Positions 30,650-41,244 are shown, counted from the first letter of the stretch. The stretch is DNA of 64,000 nt from Candidatus Lambdaproteobacteria bacterium RIFOXYD2_FULL_50_16 (GCA_001783695.1 MFNE01000043.1:77062-141061); one strand, 5' to 3'. Numbers and translations are program-made. The notes: generated by a model from the letters alone, not told the origin.

Positions 30650-31579
30650 TCAAAAAAGTGAACCCCACTTTCGGTCGGATTCTAAAACCTGTCCACCCGC
30701 GGTTTTGGTCAACACCAAACTTTTGGTCCAAAATAATTCGGTGCGGGGTATAAGCTCGGTAACTTTTAATTTTAGTTGTTCATGATCGTATTTGGTTTCG
30801 ATCACAGGATTTTTAAAGATATGAACATAAAGGCTTAAGAAGTAGGGGTCCAAAAGTAAGGTTTGGGCCAACTCAAAATCGTTGGAGGTTTGCAACATTT
30901 TAGGTTCGGACCACCCGCCAAACAGGGTAAAATCAGCGAAATAATAGCGGTCTCTTTGCATCGAGGTGACCTCCCAGCGCAGGAGCAGGGGATCAGGCAA
31001 GGCGACGAGATTACTCGAATTCTGCATCGGTTCTGGGAGGCTAAAAGCGATGGCCAGCCGCATCCCCCCCCCCATAAAGATATAAGTCCCTAATATGGCC
31101 AAGCTAGCCCAACAAATCACCCTAGTTTTTAACCCAGTCCAGCGCTTGCTGGCCCAAAGCAGTAGGATCATTATGATTACAGGTAAATAACCAGCAGGAA
31201 CCAGATTCGCCGATCCCGCAAAGTGGGTCAGTGGGCGCAAGAACGGGATTTGTTCGGTCGTCAGGAAAGTCAAAAAGAGATATACTAGCAACCCCAAGAG
31301 TGGCAAAAAACTCAAGCTAGAGAGTTTTAAATCTCGCTTGTAAATCCAAATCCACAAGGCCACAGCCGCGAGGATCGAGGTTAAGTAAAGGGGGTTGTGG
31401 AAATACAAAGGGGTCCAAAAGAGGCCCGGTTCACCGGAGAAAAACAGGGTTAGGTAGTCAATCAAAGGCAGAAAGCTGCCCAGAAAAATTAGGCCCCAAG
31501 TCCGGTTGGGCAACCCGACTCGGTCCCTAACGACTTGAAAAACACTCCAGATTACTAGCGCAGTAATCAGCCAGTTCAT
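30650..31579 (-). CDS. Hypothetical polytopic membrane protein (309 aa) carrying an internal G10 homopolymer
   Basis: Multiple TM helices. C10 run at 31064..31073 on the + strand encodes MGGGM. Confidence 0.55.
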   Translation of the reverse strand: MNWLITALVIWSVFQVVRDRVGLPNRTWGLIFLGSFLPLIDYLTLFFSGEPGLFWTPLYFHNPLYLTSILAAVALWIWIYKRDLKLSSLSFLPLLGLLVYLFLTFLTTEQIPFLRPLTHFAGSANLVPAGYLPVIIMILLLWASKRWTGLKTRVICWASLAILGTYIFMGGGMRLAIAFSLPEPMQNSSNLVALPDPLLLRWEVTSMQRDRYYFADFTLFGGWSEPKMLQTSNDFELAQTLLLDPYFLSLYVHIFKNPVIETKYDHEQLKLKVTELIPRTELFWTKSLVLTKTAGGQVLESDRKWGSLF

Positions 31580-33595
31580 CTAGCCCACCAGCCCCCGGGC
31601 TGCCTCGATAATCGCTTCTTTGGTAATCCCAAAGTGGCGGTATAGTTCGTCTGCCGGAGCCGAAGCGCCAAAGCCTTGCATCCCAATAAACCGGTCGTTA
31701 GGCCCTAAATATTGGGCCAAGCCCGAAGCAATCCCCGCCTCAACACCTACCCTAGGAAGCCCTGCGGGCATCACCTGGGCCTTGTAACTTGAGTCTTGTT
31801 GGTCAAACAATTCAGCCGAAGGTAAGCTAACCAGTTGGGCCGAGATCCCCACCTGGGCCAGTTCTTCATAGGCCAACAGAGCTAGGGAAACCTCAGAGCC
31901 GGTAGCGATTAATAATACCTTGGGGTGTTCCCCTTTGATCAAAACATATCCTCCCTTGGCCACACCTGAAGCGGGAGCCAATTTGCTGCGGTCTAAGACA
32001 GGAAGGTTTTGACGGGTTAAAGACATGGCCACTGGCACCTTATGATTCACCACCCAGCGCCAAACCTCTACGGTTTCGGTGGCGTCAGCCGGGCGGAAGC
32101 TGGTTAAGCCTGGCAAGTGCCGCAAATAGGCCACTTGCTCGACCGGCTGGTGGGTCGGTCCGTCCTCACCCACACCAATTGAGTCATGTGTAAATACAAA
32201 TACACTTGGGTATTGAGAAATCGCCGCAACTCGTAGTGCGGGCAACATATAATCGCAAAAGCTTAAAAAGGTCGCCCCATAAGCGCGGGTCATACCGTTT
32301 AAACCAATCCCGTTAACAATGGCACCCATCGCGTGTTCGCGAACTCCAAAACGGATATAACGACCTTCAAAGGAGCTAGGCTGAAAGTCTTGGGCACCCT
32401 CAAAGCGGGTGTTGTTACTGGGGCTCAAATCAGCCGAACCACCCATAAAGCCGGGAAGCTTAGGCATAATGGCGTTTAAAACCTTGCCCGAAGCGGCGCG
32501 AGTGGCAATGGAGGTTCCGGCGGCAAACTCGGGGAATTGGAGTTCTGGGAGTTTGTGTGCCAATAGATCGTCCAACTCTTTCGCCAGTTCTGGGTGAGCC
32601 TTTCGGTAGGCCTTCATCAATTCTTCCCATTGAGCTTGCGCGGCGGCGCCTTTTGCCATGGCTTTATCAAAGTGGGCTTTAACCGAAGCCGGAACCTCAA
32701 AGGGCCCATGGCCCCAACCTAGATTTTCGGCGGTCGATTGCCGTTCATCTTTGCCCAAAGGACTGCCGTGAGCCCCTGAATTGTCGGCGTATTTGGGACT
32801 GCCATAGCCGATAATTGAGGAGATTTTAATTAAATGGGGAGTCCCCTTTTTTTGGTGGGCCGATTGCAGGGCCAAGTCTAAAGAGTCCAGATCATGCCCG
32901 TCCCCGCCGATGCTTTGGCAGCTCCAGCCATAAGCCAAAAAGCGGTCTGTCACCTTTTCGGTAAAAGACAGGCTAGTGCGACCATCGATGGTAATTTTGT
33001 TGTCGTCGTATAGCACCACGAGGTTATCGAGCCCTAAATGCCCAGCGAGGCTGGCTGCTTCTGCCGCGACCCCTTCTTGTAAGCAGCCATCGCCGACTAC
33101 CACCTTGATTTTGTAATCCATCACATTAAAACCAGGCCGGTTAAATCGGGCGGCTAAATATTTTTGGGCGATAGCCATCCCTACGGCGGTCGCAATCCCT
33201 TGACCCAAGGGACCCGTGGTGATCTCCACGCCTGGGGTGTGGCCAAATTCAGGGTGCCCTGGGGTCTGGCTACCCATTTGCCTAAAGCGTTTCAACTCGT
33301 CGATGCTTAGGTTATACCCACAAAGGTGTAACAACGCATAAAGTAAGGCTGATCCGTGCCCAGCCGAAAGCACAAAGCGGTCTCTTGCGGGCCATGCTGG
33401 GTCTTTAGGGTTATGGCTTAAATGCTCGGTAAACAACCGATAAGCACTGGGCGCAAAACCCATGGGCAATCCTGGGTGACCCGAATTAGCTTGATTAACT
33501 TGGTCAATCGCCAAGAAGCGGATACAATTAATGGCTTGTTGATCGATCTCTGGGAGCGACTTCAGATTTTGATTCACTGGGGGTAGCCTGGACAA
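31580..33595 (-). CDS. tkt: Transketolase
   Basis: 671 aa with an N-terminal TPP-binding region (SGHPG..MG, GDGC..EG) and transketolase pyrimidine-binding and C-terminal domains. Confidence 0.95.
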   Translation of the reverse strand: MSRLPPVNQNLKSLPEIDQQAINCIRFLAIDQVNQANSGHPGLPMGFAPSAYRLFTEHLSHNPKDPAWPARDRFVLSAGHGSALLYALLHLCGYNLSIDELKRFRQMGSQTPGHPEFGHTPGVEITTGPLGQGIATAVGMAIAQKYLAARFNRPGFNVMDYKIKVVVGDGCLQEGVAAEAASLAGHLGLDNLVVLYDDNKITIDGRTSLSFTEKVTDRFLAYGWSCQSIGGDGHDLDSLDLALQSAHQKKGTPHLIKISSIIGYGSPKYADNSGAHGSPLGKDERQSTAENLGWGHGPFEVPASVKAHFDKAMAKGAAAQAQWEELMKAYRKAHPELAKELDDLLAHKLPELQFPEFAAGTSIATRAASGKVLNAIMPKLPGFMGGSADLSPSNNTRFEGAQDFQPSSFEGRYIRFGVREHAMGAIVNGIGLNGMTRAYGATFLSFCDYMLPALRVAAISQYPSVFVFTHDSIGVGEDGPTHQPVEQVAYLRHLPGLTSFRPADATETVEVWRWVVNHKVPVAMSLTRQNLPVLDRSKLAPASGVAKGGYVLIKGEHPKVLLIATGSEVSLALLAYEELAQVGISAQLVSLPSAELFDQQDSSYKAQVMPAGLPRVGVEAGIASGLAQYLGPNDRFIGMQGFGASAPADELYRHFGITKEAIIEAARGLVG

Positions 33596-33882
33596 ATAGG
33601 GTTGGTGTTGGAGGGCCTGGGGCTAAACTTTTGGGGACAGCAAAATTGGTTTACAAACCGGGTTGATTGCTATATCAATCGCAGACGTATAAGGCCGCAA
33701 TACAGCCTCCCAGCCTTGGAGCGCCTTAGTATTCCCAACAATTTATTGGGCTGCTTTGAGGTATCAAGTTAAAGGGTTTGGGAAGAAACAAGCAAGTGAT
33801 TTTTTGGCCCCGGTTCTGTCGATCCAGGCAAACCGCAAAGCCACCGTTTCGGCCCCTAAACCGCTAAAAACGATTCTACCCA

Positions 33883-35145
33883 ATGACCGACAAGCTAGAT
33901 AACTACCGCCTCCGCCTGCAAAATCAAGAATATTTGCCGATTATGATTGGCGGAATGGGCATGGACATTTCCACCGACCATTTAGCTGTGGAAGCAGCCC
34001 GTTTAGGGGGGATTGGCCATATCTCTGACGCCTTAATCAACGGGGTTTCAGATCGGCATTATGGGACTCGGTTCTTAAAAAATCGTTTTGAAAAGTATAA
34101 AGACAGTATCGGCAAGAATCTGGCGGACCGTTTCCACGAACAGTTTGATTTAAACGAACTCTATATTGCCTGCAAAAATGTGGTTGGCGGGGCGATGGAT
34201 AAAAAACAAGGGGACCAAGGGGGCATCTTTATTAACATCATGGAAAAACTCACCATGGCAAACCCCAAAGAAACCCTGCGAGTCCGCCTCAACGCCGCCC
34301 TAGACGCGGGAATCGACGGGATCACTATGTCTGCGGGGCTCCATCTGGGTAGCTTTGCGATGATCGAAGACCATCCCCGTTTTCGGGATGCTAAATTAGG
34401 GGTGATTGTCTCTAGCTTGCGCGCCTTGCAGCTTTTCTTGAAAAAAAGTGGACGCTCTAACCGCTTGCCTGATTATGTCGTGGTTGAGGGGCCTTTGGCC
34501 GGGGGCCATTTGGGCTTTAAGATCGACAATTGGAGAGAGTTTGATTTGGCCGAGATTACCAATGAAATCATCGACTTTATAAAAGAACAAAACCTGCCGA
34601 TCGCCGTAATCCCTGCCGGGGGGATCTTTACCGGGGCGGACGCCACAGGTTTTGTCAAAACCGGTTCTGCCGCCGTACAGGTGGCTACCCGTTTTACGGT
34701 TACCAAAGAATCAGGCTTCCCGCTGACTACGCAACAACGATTCTTTAGGGCCCTTGAAGAAGAGATTGAGGTCAACCTCTTCTCCCCCACGGGCTACCCT
34801 ATGCGGATGTTGGTTGACAGCCCTTGCAAACACACCAATATCCGGCCGAACTGCGAGACCTTGGGTTTTATTCTCGACGAAAAAGGCAAGTGTAGCTACA
34901 TCGACGAGTACAACAAAATGGTGGAATTGCACCCTGAAGGATTTGACCGGGTTCCTAACAAAACCTGCCTTTGTACCTTTATGCGGTCCTACGGCACCTG
35001 GACCTGTGGCCACATGACCTACCGCCTAAAAGAAACCACCAACCAGCTAGCCGACGGCAGCTATCAACAACTGACCACGGCCCAAGTCTTCGAAGACTAC
35101 CTCAAAGGCGGCGAAACCCACCTCAAGCCCACTAAAGCCGAATAG
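33883..35145 (+). CDS. Nitronate monooxygenase (NMO/2-nitropropane dioxygenase) family FMN-dependent oxidoreductase with a Cys-rich C-terminal extension
   Basis: TIM-barrel NMO pattern (IMIGGMGMDIS...AGGIF). ~110-aa tail with CKHTNIRPNC...C...CLC...CGH. Confidence 0.6.
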   Translation: MTDKLDNYRLRLQNQEYLPIMIGGMGMDISTDHLAVEAARLGGIGHISDALINGVSDRHYGTRFLKNRFEKYKDSIGKNLADRFHEQFDLNELYIACKNVVGGAMDKKQGDQGGIFINIMEKLTMANPKETLRVRLNAALDAGIDGITMSAGLHLGSFAMIEDHPRFRDAKLGVIVSSLRALQLFLKKSGRSNRLPDYVVVEGPLAGGHLGFKIDNWREFDLAEITNEIIDFIKEQNLPIAVIPAGGIFTGADATGFVKTGSAAVQVATRFTVTKESGFPLTTQQRFFRALEEEIEVNLFSPTGYPMRMLVDSPCKHTNIRPNCETLGFILDEKGKCSYIDEYNKMVELHPEGFDRVPNKTCLCTFMRSYGTWTCGHMTYRLKETTNQLADGSYQQLTTAQVFEDYLKGGETHLKPTKAE

Positions 35146-35311
35146 AACGTGAGCGGTGGTTTTAATCAATTAGGTTGGTTTGGCTGCTTTGATGCCAAGT
35201 CCCGGCTGGTTTTGCCGTAAGGTCTCGCCTGGACTTAATAGTGTGCTTGGTTCTCGGTACTGGATTGTACAGCCAAAATCTAGCCGCAGATCCCCCAGCC
35301 CCAATTAAAAA

Positions 35312-35713
35312 TCACCTTTTCTTCTGATTGGCTTTAACTTCAGCAGAATGCTGTAAGAGGGCGTGGGCATAGGGGTTGATTTGGCGGTGGTTGGTGACGC
35401 CTAAGGACTTTTTTAGTTCTATAGTGAATTCAGACTTATAGAAGTCTAACTTAAAGTTGATCTCGGCTAAGGGATCGTCAAAGTCGGGGACCCGGGGGTC
35501 AGGATCTTCCGGGTCTAAGTCACCTTCGAAAACCATACGTTGGAAATAATCGGCCACAAAGTTAATCTCTTCGGTCAATGCTTCACTCAGCCCAATGGGC
35601 AAGGGGCTGCGCTGGAAAATAACCTCACCCTCTTTGCCTAGGCTGGCCTCAAACAAGGAGTATTGGGCATATTGCAATGCCAAGTCTATATCTTTAGCCG
35701 AAAATTCGCTCAT
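35312..35713 (-). CDS. Hypothetical acidic protein (133 aa) immediately downstream of dsrP on the same strand
   Basis: ORF 74 bp after the dsrP stop; Asp/Pro-rich patch DLDPEDPDPRVPDFDDP. Confidence 0.45.
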   Translation of the reverse strand: MSEFSAKDIDLALQYAQYSLFEASLGKEGEVIFQRSPLPIGLSEALTEEINFVADYFQRMVFEGDLDPEDPDPRVPDFDDPLAEINFKLDFYKSEFTIELKKSLGVTNHRQINPYAHALLQHSAEVKANQKKR

Positions 35714-35787
35714 TACTTCCTATTTTGGGTTGCCGTCCCCCTTAAGCTGGCAAAGCCAAAGGGGCTTGGTCAAGTCTGGCAACCGCT

Positions 35788-36939
35788 TTATGGGGCCTGT
35801 TTAACCGAGAGGGCGATTTTGTATAACACACTTAAAATCAAAGCCCCAATCGCCCAGATACCTAAGGTGATCGAAAATTCGGGCCAGGTGATGTAGTATT
35901 CAGTGATCTCGCCCAAGGGGTTGGGCACAAAACCGCCAATCACTAGGCCAATCCCTTTGTCGATCCACAAGGAAATAAATATCGCCCCGCAGATCAAGCC
36001 CAAGGCCTTTTCGTTTTCTTTAAGTCCCGGCCAAAAAAGTCCTACGATCCCACCCATACCTAAAAAGACGGAGGTCCACAAAAAGGGCACCAAGTTGCCA
36101 TGGCCTTCGAGCACAAAAAAGAGGTAATCTAGATTGTGTTGGTGGCTAGGGATGCCTGAGTAATAGGCGGTGAAAAACTCTAGGCCAATAAAAAAGAAGT
36201 TTGCCAAAATTCCATAGGTGACGATGGTAGTTAGCTTCCCTATGGCTTCTTTACCTACGTCGAAATTAGCCACACGCTTAAGTAACAATGACAGCAAAAT
36301 CAACAGCGCCGGGCCCGCAGCGAAGGCGGAAGCCAAAAACCTTGGGGCCATGATGGCGGTCAGCCACAAATGGCGCCCAGGCAAACCGGCATACAACATT
36401 GCGGTAACCGTATGGATCGAAAAGGCCCAGGGGATCGATAGATAAATAAAGGGTTTGATCCATTTTGGCGGGGCTTTTTTGAGTTTTTCCGCCTCTAACA
36501 CCACCCAACCACAAAGAAGATTCAACACCAAATAGACGTTGAGCACGTTGGCGTCCCAAAATAACATCGAATTAGGGGTTGGATAGCGCAGTACGTTAAT
36601 AAAACGGTCTGGGTGCCCCATATCGACCATAATAAAAAGCAGGCACATCGACACCGCCGCCACCGCCAAAAACTCGCCTAAAACCACAATCTTGCCAAAG
36701 GCCTTGAAGTTATGGACGTAGTAGGGCAGCACCAACATCACCGCCGAGGCGGCCACGCCCACCATAAAGGTAAACTGGGCGATGTAAACCCCCCAAGAGA
36801 TATCCCGACTCATGCCGGTTATCCCCAAGCCATATTCGAGTTGTTTGAGGTAATAAAACACCCCGTTGCCGATCACTAAGAGGAGGGCCGTCATCCACAG
36901 ATGATACCTTTTGTCTCCGGTTAACGCTTTTTCGATCAT
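35788..36939 (-). CDS. dsrP: DsrP, NrfD/PsrC-family integral membrane quinone-interacting subunit of the DsrMKJOP complex
   Basis: 383 aa polytopic NrfD-like protein, last gene of the dsrMKJOP set and directly downstream of the Tat Fe-S protein. Confidence 0.8.
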   Translation of the reverse strand: MIEKALTGDKRYHLWMTALLLVIGNGVFYYLKQLEYGLGITGMSRDISWGVYIAQFTFMVGVAASAVMLVLPYYVHNFKAFGKIVVLGEFLAVAAVSMCLLFIMVDMGHPDRFINVLRYPTPNSMLFWDANVLNVYLVLNLLCGWVVLEAEKLKKAPPKWIKPFIYLSIPWAFSIHTVTAMLYAGLPGRHLWLTAIMAPRFLASAFAAGPALLILLSLLLKRVANFDVGKEAIGKLTTIVTYGILANFFFIGLEFFTAYYSGIPSHQHNLDYLFFVLEGHGNLVPFLWTSVFLGMGGIVGLFWPGLKENEKALGLICGAIFISLWIDKGIGLVIGGFVPNPLGEITEYYITWPEFSITLGIWAIGALILSVLYKIALSVKQAP

Positions 36940-36954
36940 GCCAATCTCCAGGGA

Positions 36955-37722
36955 TCAAATAACGTAGAACACCGAAGGCCGGGTTCCAAGTGCGGGTTTG
37001 CGTTGGATGGTTTTTTTCTCGTTTAAGGCCTTTCTAATCGCCGATTCAGGGTCGTTTAGGTTGCCAAAGATCAAGACCCCATTGGTGCAGGTCTCAACGC
37101 AGTGAGGCAATTGACCCACATCCACCCGCTCGGCGCAGAGGTTACATTTCTCTACCACACCCCGCTCGCGAGAAGGGAAGCTTGGGTCCAGTTGTTTGAG
37201 GTTTTCCCTTGGGTCTCGCCAGTTAAAGCTCCTTGAACCATACGGGCACCCTGCCATGCAGAAGCGGCAACCAATGCAGCGGTGGTAATCCATCTGCACG
37301 ATCCCGTCGTCTCGTTTAAAGGTGGCCTGGGTTGGGCAAACCCTTACACAAGGCGGGTTGTCGCAGTGGTTACACAGGGTTAAGAAGGGCTTTTCTAAAA
37401 GCCCAGCTTGCAGATAGGTGTGGTTCATGTCAGTAAAGACGTTTTTAAAGGGCGCCTTCCAGATCCACTTGATTTCATCTTTTTTGTTGCCATGGTCTGG
37501 CACGTTGTGTTTGGCGTGGCAGACCTTTTGGCAGTCGTTGCATTCGGGGTCACACAAAGACATATCAATCAACATCCCCCAGCGGGTTTCGCTGTTGGTC
37601 TCTACCGGCTCAGACGAAGAAGCCTCGACCAAGGCGGTTTTTTCCAAGATCGCCAAGGAGCCCAAACCAACGGCAGCCCCCATCCCTAACCTTTTGATAA
37701 AGGTTCTTCGATCACTGGACAT
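36955..37722 (-). CDS. dsrO: DsrO, periplasmic Tat-exported 4Fe-4S ferredoxin-like subunit
   Basis: Twin-arginine signal SDRRTFIKRLG and multiple CxxCxxCxxxCP clusters. Confidence 0.8.
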   Translation of the reverse strand: MSSDRRTFIKRLGMGAAVGLGSLAILEKTALVEASSSEPVETNSETRWGMLIDMSLCDPECNDCQKVCHAKHNVPDHGNKKDEIKWIWKAPFKNVFTDMNHTYLQAGLLEKPFLTLCNHCDNPPCVRVCPTQATFKRDDGIVQMDYHRCIGCRFCMAGCPYGSRSFNWRDPRENLKQLDPSFPSRERGVVEKCNLCAERVDVGQLPHCVETCTNGVLIFGNLNDPESAIRKALNEKKTIQRKPALGTRPSVFYVI

Positions 37723-38095
37723 GGCTTACCTCCGATAATTTAGGATCGACGTGACACTCAAAGCAGTAAGGCTTGACCGAGGTGTAATTGTGGCAACGGT
37801 CACAAAATTCTTGTTTGTTATTATGGCAACTTAGGCAGGTTTTGGTCAGACTCTTTTCGAAGCGCTGGCCCGCCTGATTTACATAAACCCTAGACTGGTT
37901 ACGCACCACTTCTTCCCGCCAATGGTCGAGTAGCTGCATATGGTTGGCCCGCATCCAGGTGGCCGATTCGACACAGGCCTCGCCCTTGGGCTTGGCCAAT
38001 TCGGGCATGGCCCCTTTGGGTCCAGACCACAGGGGATAGGTTAATATGGCCAAAAAAGCCAAAAAGGGAGGAAGTATCCACTTGAGGTTGTACAT
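37712..38095 (-). CDS. dsrJ: DsrJ, periplasmic triheme cytochrome c
   Basis: 127 aa with three CxxCH motifs (CLSCH, CDRCH, CFECH). Confidence 0.8.
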   Translation of the reverse strand: MYNLKWILPPFLAFLAILTYPLWSGPKGAMPELAKPKGEACVESATWMRANHMQLLDHWREEVVRNQSRVYVNQAGQRFEKSLTKTCLSCHNNKQEFCDRCHNYTSVKPYCFECHVDPKLSEVSHVQ

Positions 38096-38096
38096 C

Positions 38097-39752
38097 TTAA
38101 TCCTCCTCCTCTGCCATTGGCCCCAAGGTGGGGCGTTCTAGGTCGTCTTCACGAAGGTCGATGTCTCGATTTTTTTCGCCGTCCATGATTAGGGCGTTGC
38201 CCACCAATTCGTGAAGCCCTGAAACCTCCATCCCTGGCACCCAGTAGTTCATACTGGCGGTCAAGGCAACTCGGTCAATGGCGCAGATGGCGGCTAGCAA
38301 ATCAGAGCCATGGGTCTTTTTGGCCCAACGGGCGGCAGCGGCTCTAGGGAAGCCGCCGCGCATCCGAATGTCCATGTATTCTTCGGTGTTCAGTCCCGAA
38401 CCTGAACCGCAACAAAAGGTTTTCTCGCGGATCGTGTCTTCGGGCATTTCGTGGAAGTTGTTGACCACCTGGTTTAAGATATAACGAGGTTCCTCGATTA
38501 GCCCCATCCCCCTACTGGTGTTGCAGCTGTCGTGGAAGGTGACGTTTCGGTGGTCGTTTCTACTGGGGTCTAATTTAAGTTTATGGTGATGGATTAAATC
38601 AGCGGTGAACTCAGCGATATGAACCATCTTGGTTTCTTTGGCATGCTCAAAAAGGGTCCCGGTGATGGGGTTTTTGGGGACCTCTAAAAAGGGCGCCGGG
38701 CCGTTCATGGTGCTCATATATTGGTGCACCACCCGCCACATATGCCCACACTCGCCACCTAAGATCCACTTAACCCCCAAGCGCTCGGCTTCGTGATACA
38801 TCTTGCCGTTGAGCTTTTTCATTACGTCGCTAGAGGTAAACAAACCAAAGTTGCCCCCTTCCGAGGCATAGGTGCTGATGGTGTAATCGAGGCCAATATG
38901 CTTAAATAATAGCAGATAACCCATCATCGTGTACATCCCTGGCACCGCAAAGGCGTCCGCCGAAGGGGTGATAAACAGAACCTCCGCCCCTTTTTTGTTA
39001 ATCGGGGGCTCAATCGCAATCCCAGTAATGTCTTCTAGGTCTTCGCAGATACTCTCCAGCGCCGAAACAAAGGCGTGAGGCTCCAGGTTTAAATGATTGC
39101 CGGTGCGGTTACAGTCGCTGGCCGGTTTGAGGACCCAATTGATGTTGACCCCGATCAGGTGCAAGAGTTCGCGGGCCATCATAGTAATTTCGGCGGTGTC
39201 GATGCCGTAGGGGCAAAAGACTGAGCAGCGGCGGCATTCGGTGCATTGATAATAGTACATAAACCATTCTTTAACCACCTCTTCGGTGAATTTGCGCGCG
39301 CCCCCTAACTGGCCCAAAAGCTTGCCAGCCACCGTAAATTCGCCTCGGTAGATCGAGCGCATCAATTCAGCGCGCATCACCGGCATATTTTTCGGGTCGC
39401 CCGTGCCTAAAAAGAAATGGCATTTGTCGGCGCAAGCGCCACAACGAACACATATTTCCATAAAGAGTTTAAAGGCCCGGTTTTTCCCTAACCGTTCCTT
39501 CATCCCTACATGCAACCGCTGCATCCAGTCTTCTGGAAGCTTCCAGTCGGCTTCAGCCGGGTCCCATTCTCGGGCGTGGGGCAGACCCAAACCGTTTAGG
39601 GCCTCTGGTTTAGCAGAATAACAATAGTTGCCGGGTTTAAACTCGGCCGGGGTCTCCATCCAGTTGGTCTGGGGGGTCTCTCCGGTCAAGAGGCTAGCCT
39701 GGGACGCAATCGCTTCGGCCAGTTCGGCAGGTTTGGCTACAAACTTGGACAT
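38097..39752 (-). CDS. dsrK: DsrK, HdrD-like cytoplasmic Fe-S/CCG-domain catalytic subunit
   Basis: 551 aa with ferredoxin-like Cys clusters (CVRCGACADKC, CTECRRCSVFCP) and CCG-type Cys motifs (CNTS, FCCGSGSG). Confidence 0.85.
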   Translation of the reverse strand: MSKFVAKPAELAEAIASQASLLTGETPQTNWMETPAEFKPGNYCYSAKPEALNGLGLPHAREWDPAEADWKLPEDWMQRLHVGMKERLGKNRAFKLFMEICVRCGACADKCHFFLGTGDPKNMPVMRAELMRSIYRGEFTVAGKLLGQLGGARKFTEEVVKEWFMYYYQCTECRRCSVFCPYGIDTAEITMMARELLHLIGVNINWVLKPASDCNRTGNHLNLEPHAFVSALESICEDLEDITGIAIEPPINKKGAEVLFITPSADAFAVPGMYTMMGYLLLFKHIGLDYTISTYASEGGNFGLFTSSDVMKKLNGKMYHEAERLGVKWILGGECGHMWRVVHQYMSTMNGPAPFLEVPKNPITGTLFEHAKETKMVHIAEFTADLIHHHKLKLDPSRNDHRNVTFHDSCNTSRGMGLIEEPRYILNQVVNNFHEMPEDTIREKTFCCGSGSGLNTEEYMDIRMRGGFPRAAAARWAKKTHGSDLLAAICAIDRVALTASMNYWVPGMEVSGLHELVGNALIMDGEKNRDIDLREDDLERPTLGPMAEEED

Positions 39753-39761
39753 GGTTGGCTC

Positions 39762-40751
39762 CTAATCAGCATCCAGGGGAATCCCAGCAGATTTCATTTT
39801 GTCTTTAAAGTCAGCCTCATAATCCGCATAGGTGCGGATCTTGATCTGGGGGTTCCAGGGGTTGATGTGCCTATTGACCCTAGAGTCGTTGGCCAAGTTG
39901 CGGGTGGGGCTAAAAAAGACCCCGCCCATATGCATCAATTTGGAAAAGGGGAAATAGGCGGCCAGGGCAGAGACCAACAACAGATGGACATAAAAGGTAG
40001 CGCCAATAACGTGCGCTTCTGGATGAAAGGTAATCAACCCTTGAATATGAGTTTTGACCAGGGCAATGTCCACCTTGTGCAGATAACGCATTCCCATACC
40101 ACTAAGGGCAATCGCCCCGATCAACATCAGCGGGAAATAATCAGCCGCGAGGCTAATATAACGCATCTTTGGGCTGATTACCCGACGGGCGAACAGGGCG
40201 GAAATGCCTAGTAAAATTAACGCGTCCGTCAAATAAAAGGTGGGCAGCGTGATTTGCAGTAACCCGTCGAACTTCTCCAAGAACCCAACAAAAAAGGGCA
40301 CCGGCTCCAAAAAGAAGCGGTAATGTCTAAGAAAGATCAACAAAAAGGACCAGTGAAACAAGAGCCCAAAAAGCCAGAGGCTTTTGTCGGACTCATAACT
40401 AAGGTCCGGGCCGGGTTCGAGGTTGGCTTTGGTATTGCGAAAGAGGCTTCTAAAAACCAACACCTCTAAAGCCATCCGACCCAAGACCCCAAGGGTCGAA
40501 GAGGGGGCTTCGAGTTCGTTGCCTTTAATCCAGGGAAGCGCCTTTTGCTGGCCACAAGTGGTAGGGATATTAAAGGGCACTGGAGTTTTGGCCCAGCCAT
40601 AAATTTTATAACTAAACCCGAATAAAAATAAAGCGAAAGCTACGTAAGGGATGACCACCCCTAAGAGGTAATATTGCCCAGCCGCCGCTCCGCCCAAGGC
40701 CAAAGCGGCCAGCGCAAAGACCGCAACTAAAGGAGCCAGTAGTTTCATCAC
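39762..40751 (-). CDS. dsrM: DsrM, NarI/HdrE-like membrane di-heme b subunit
   Basis: 329 aa polytopic membrane protein with conserved His in TM helices, sitting upstream of dsrK. Confidence 0.8.
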   Translation of the reverse strand: MMKLLAPLVAVFALAALALGGAAAGQYYLLGVVIPYVAFALFLFGFSYKIYGWAKTPVPFNIPTTCGQQKALPWIKGNELEAPSSTLGVLGRMALEVLVFRSLFRNTKANLEPGPDLSYESDKSLWLFGLLFHWSFLLIFLRHYRFFLEPVPFFVGFLEKFDGLLQITLPTFYLTDALILLGISALFARRVISPKMRYISLAADYFPLMLIGAIALSGMGMRYLHKVDIALVKTHIQGLITFHPEAHVIGATFYVHLLLVSALAAYFPFSKLMHMGGVFFSPTRNLANDSRVNRHINPWNPQIKIRTYADYEADFKDKMKSAGIPLDAD

Positions 40752-41242
40752 AAGCTCCCCCGTTTATTGGCCAACCGGAAGACCCCTTCAGTTTGGCGCT
40801 TTTGTTCCTCGATCTGAATCATATATAGTTCCTCTCGGGCTTTCGAATAGATATCAAAACCGATACGGGTCAGTTGGTCCAAAAGATGATCAAACCCGTT
40901 TAGCTCTTCGCTCAAGTCCAGTTCGGCCTTGCGGGCTAAGCCCCGAACCAGGGCCTTTAGGGGAAACAAGAATCCAGCTGCTTGACTAGGCAGAAGCTCT
41001 TGCACCGCCAAGACCCGAATCGCTTGGTCCATGTCGGTCGCCAAGCTACGGCTATCTTCTTCGGCCAGAATATGGTCAAAAAGATTGGCCAAGGCGTCTG
41101 AAAGGGTGCGGCCCATAGGGCCTTTAAAAAAGGTTTTGGTTTTATGCCCAAATGGGCCATCGGTGGACAGCGGATAAACCGCGTCTAACCACTGGTCTAG
41201 TAAGTTTTCCCGATGCTTTAGCAAAAGTTGCGCAAGACTCAT
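40748..41242 (-). CDS. dsrT: DsrT-like protein (RsbRD-N-like domain); start placed at the internal MSLAQLL
   Basis: Placement between dsrD/iscA-like and dsrM is typical for dsrT. Small helical protein; the call is not anchored by strong motifs. The ORF-track start would overlap the upstream gene. Confidence 0.5.
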   Translation of the reverse strand: MSLAQLLLKHRENLLDQWLDAVYPLSTDGPFGHKTKTFFKGPMGRTLSDALANLFDHILAEEDSRSLATDMDQAIRVLAVQELLPSQAAGFLFPLKALVRGLARKAELDLSEELNGFDHLLDQLTRIGFDIYSKAREELYMIQIEEQKRQTEGVFRLANKRGSL

Positions 41243-41244
41243 GG

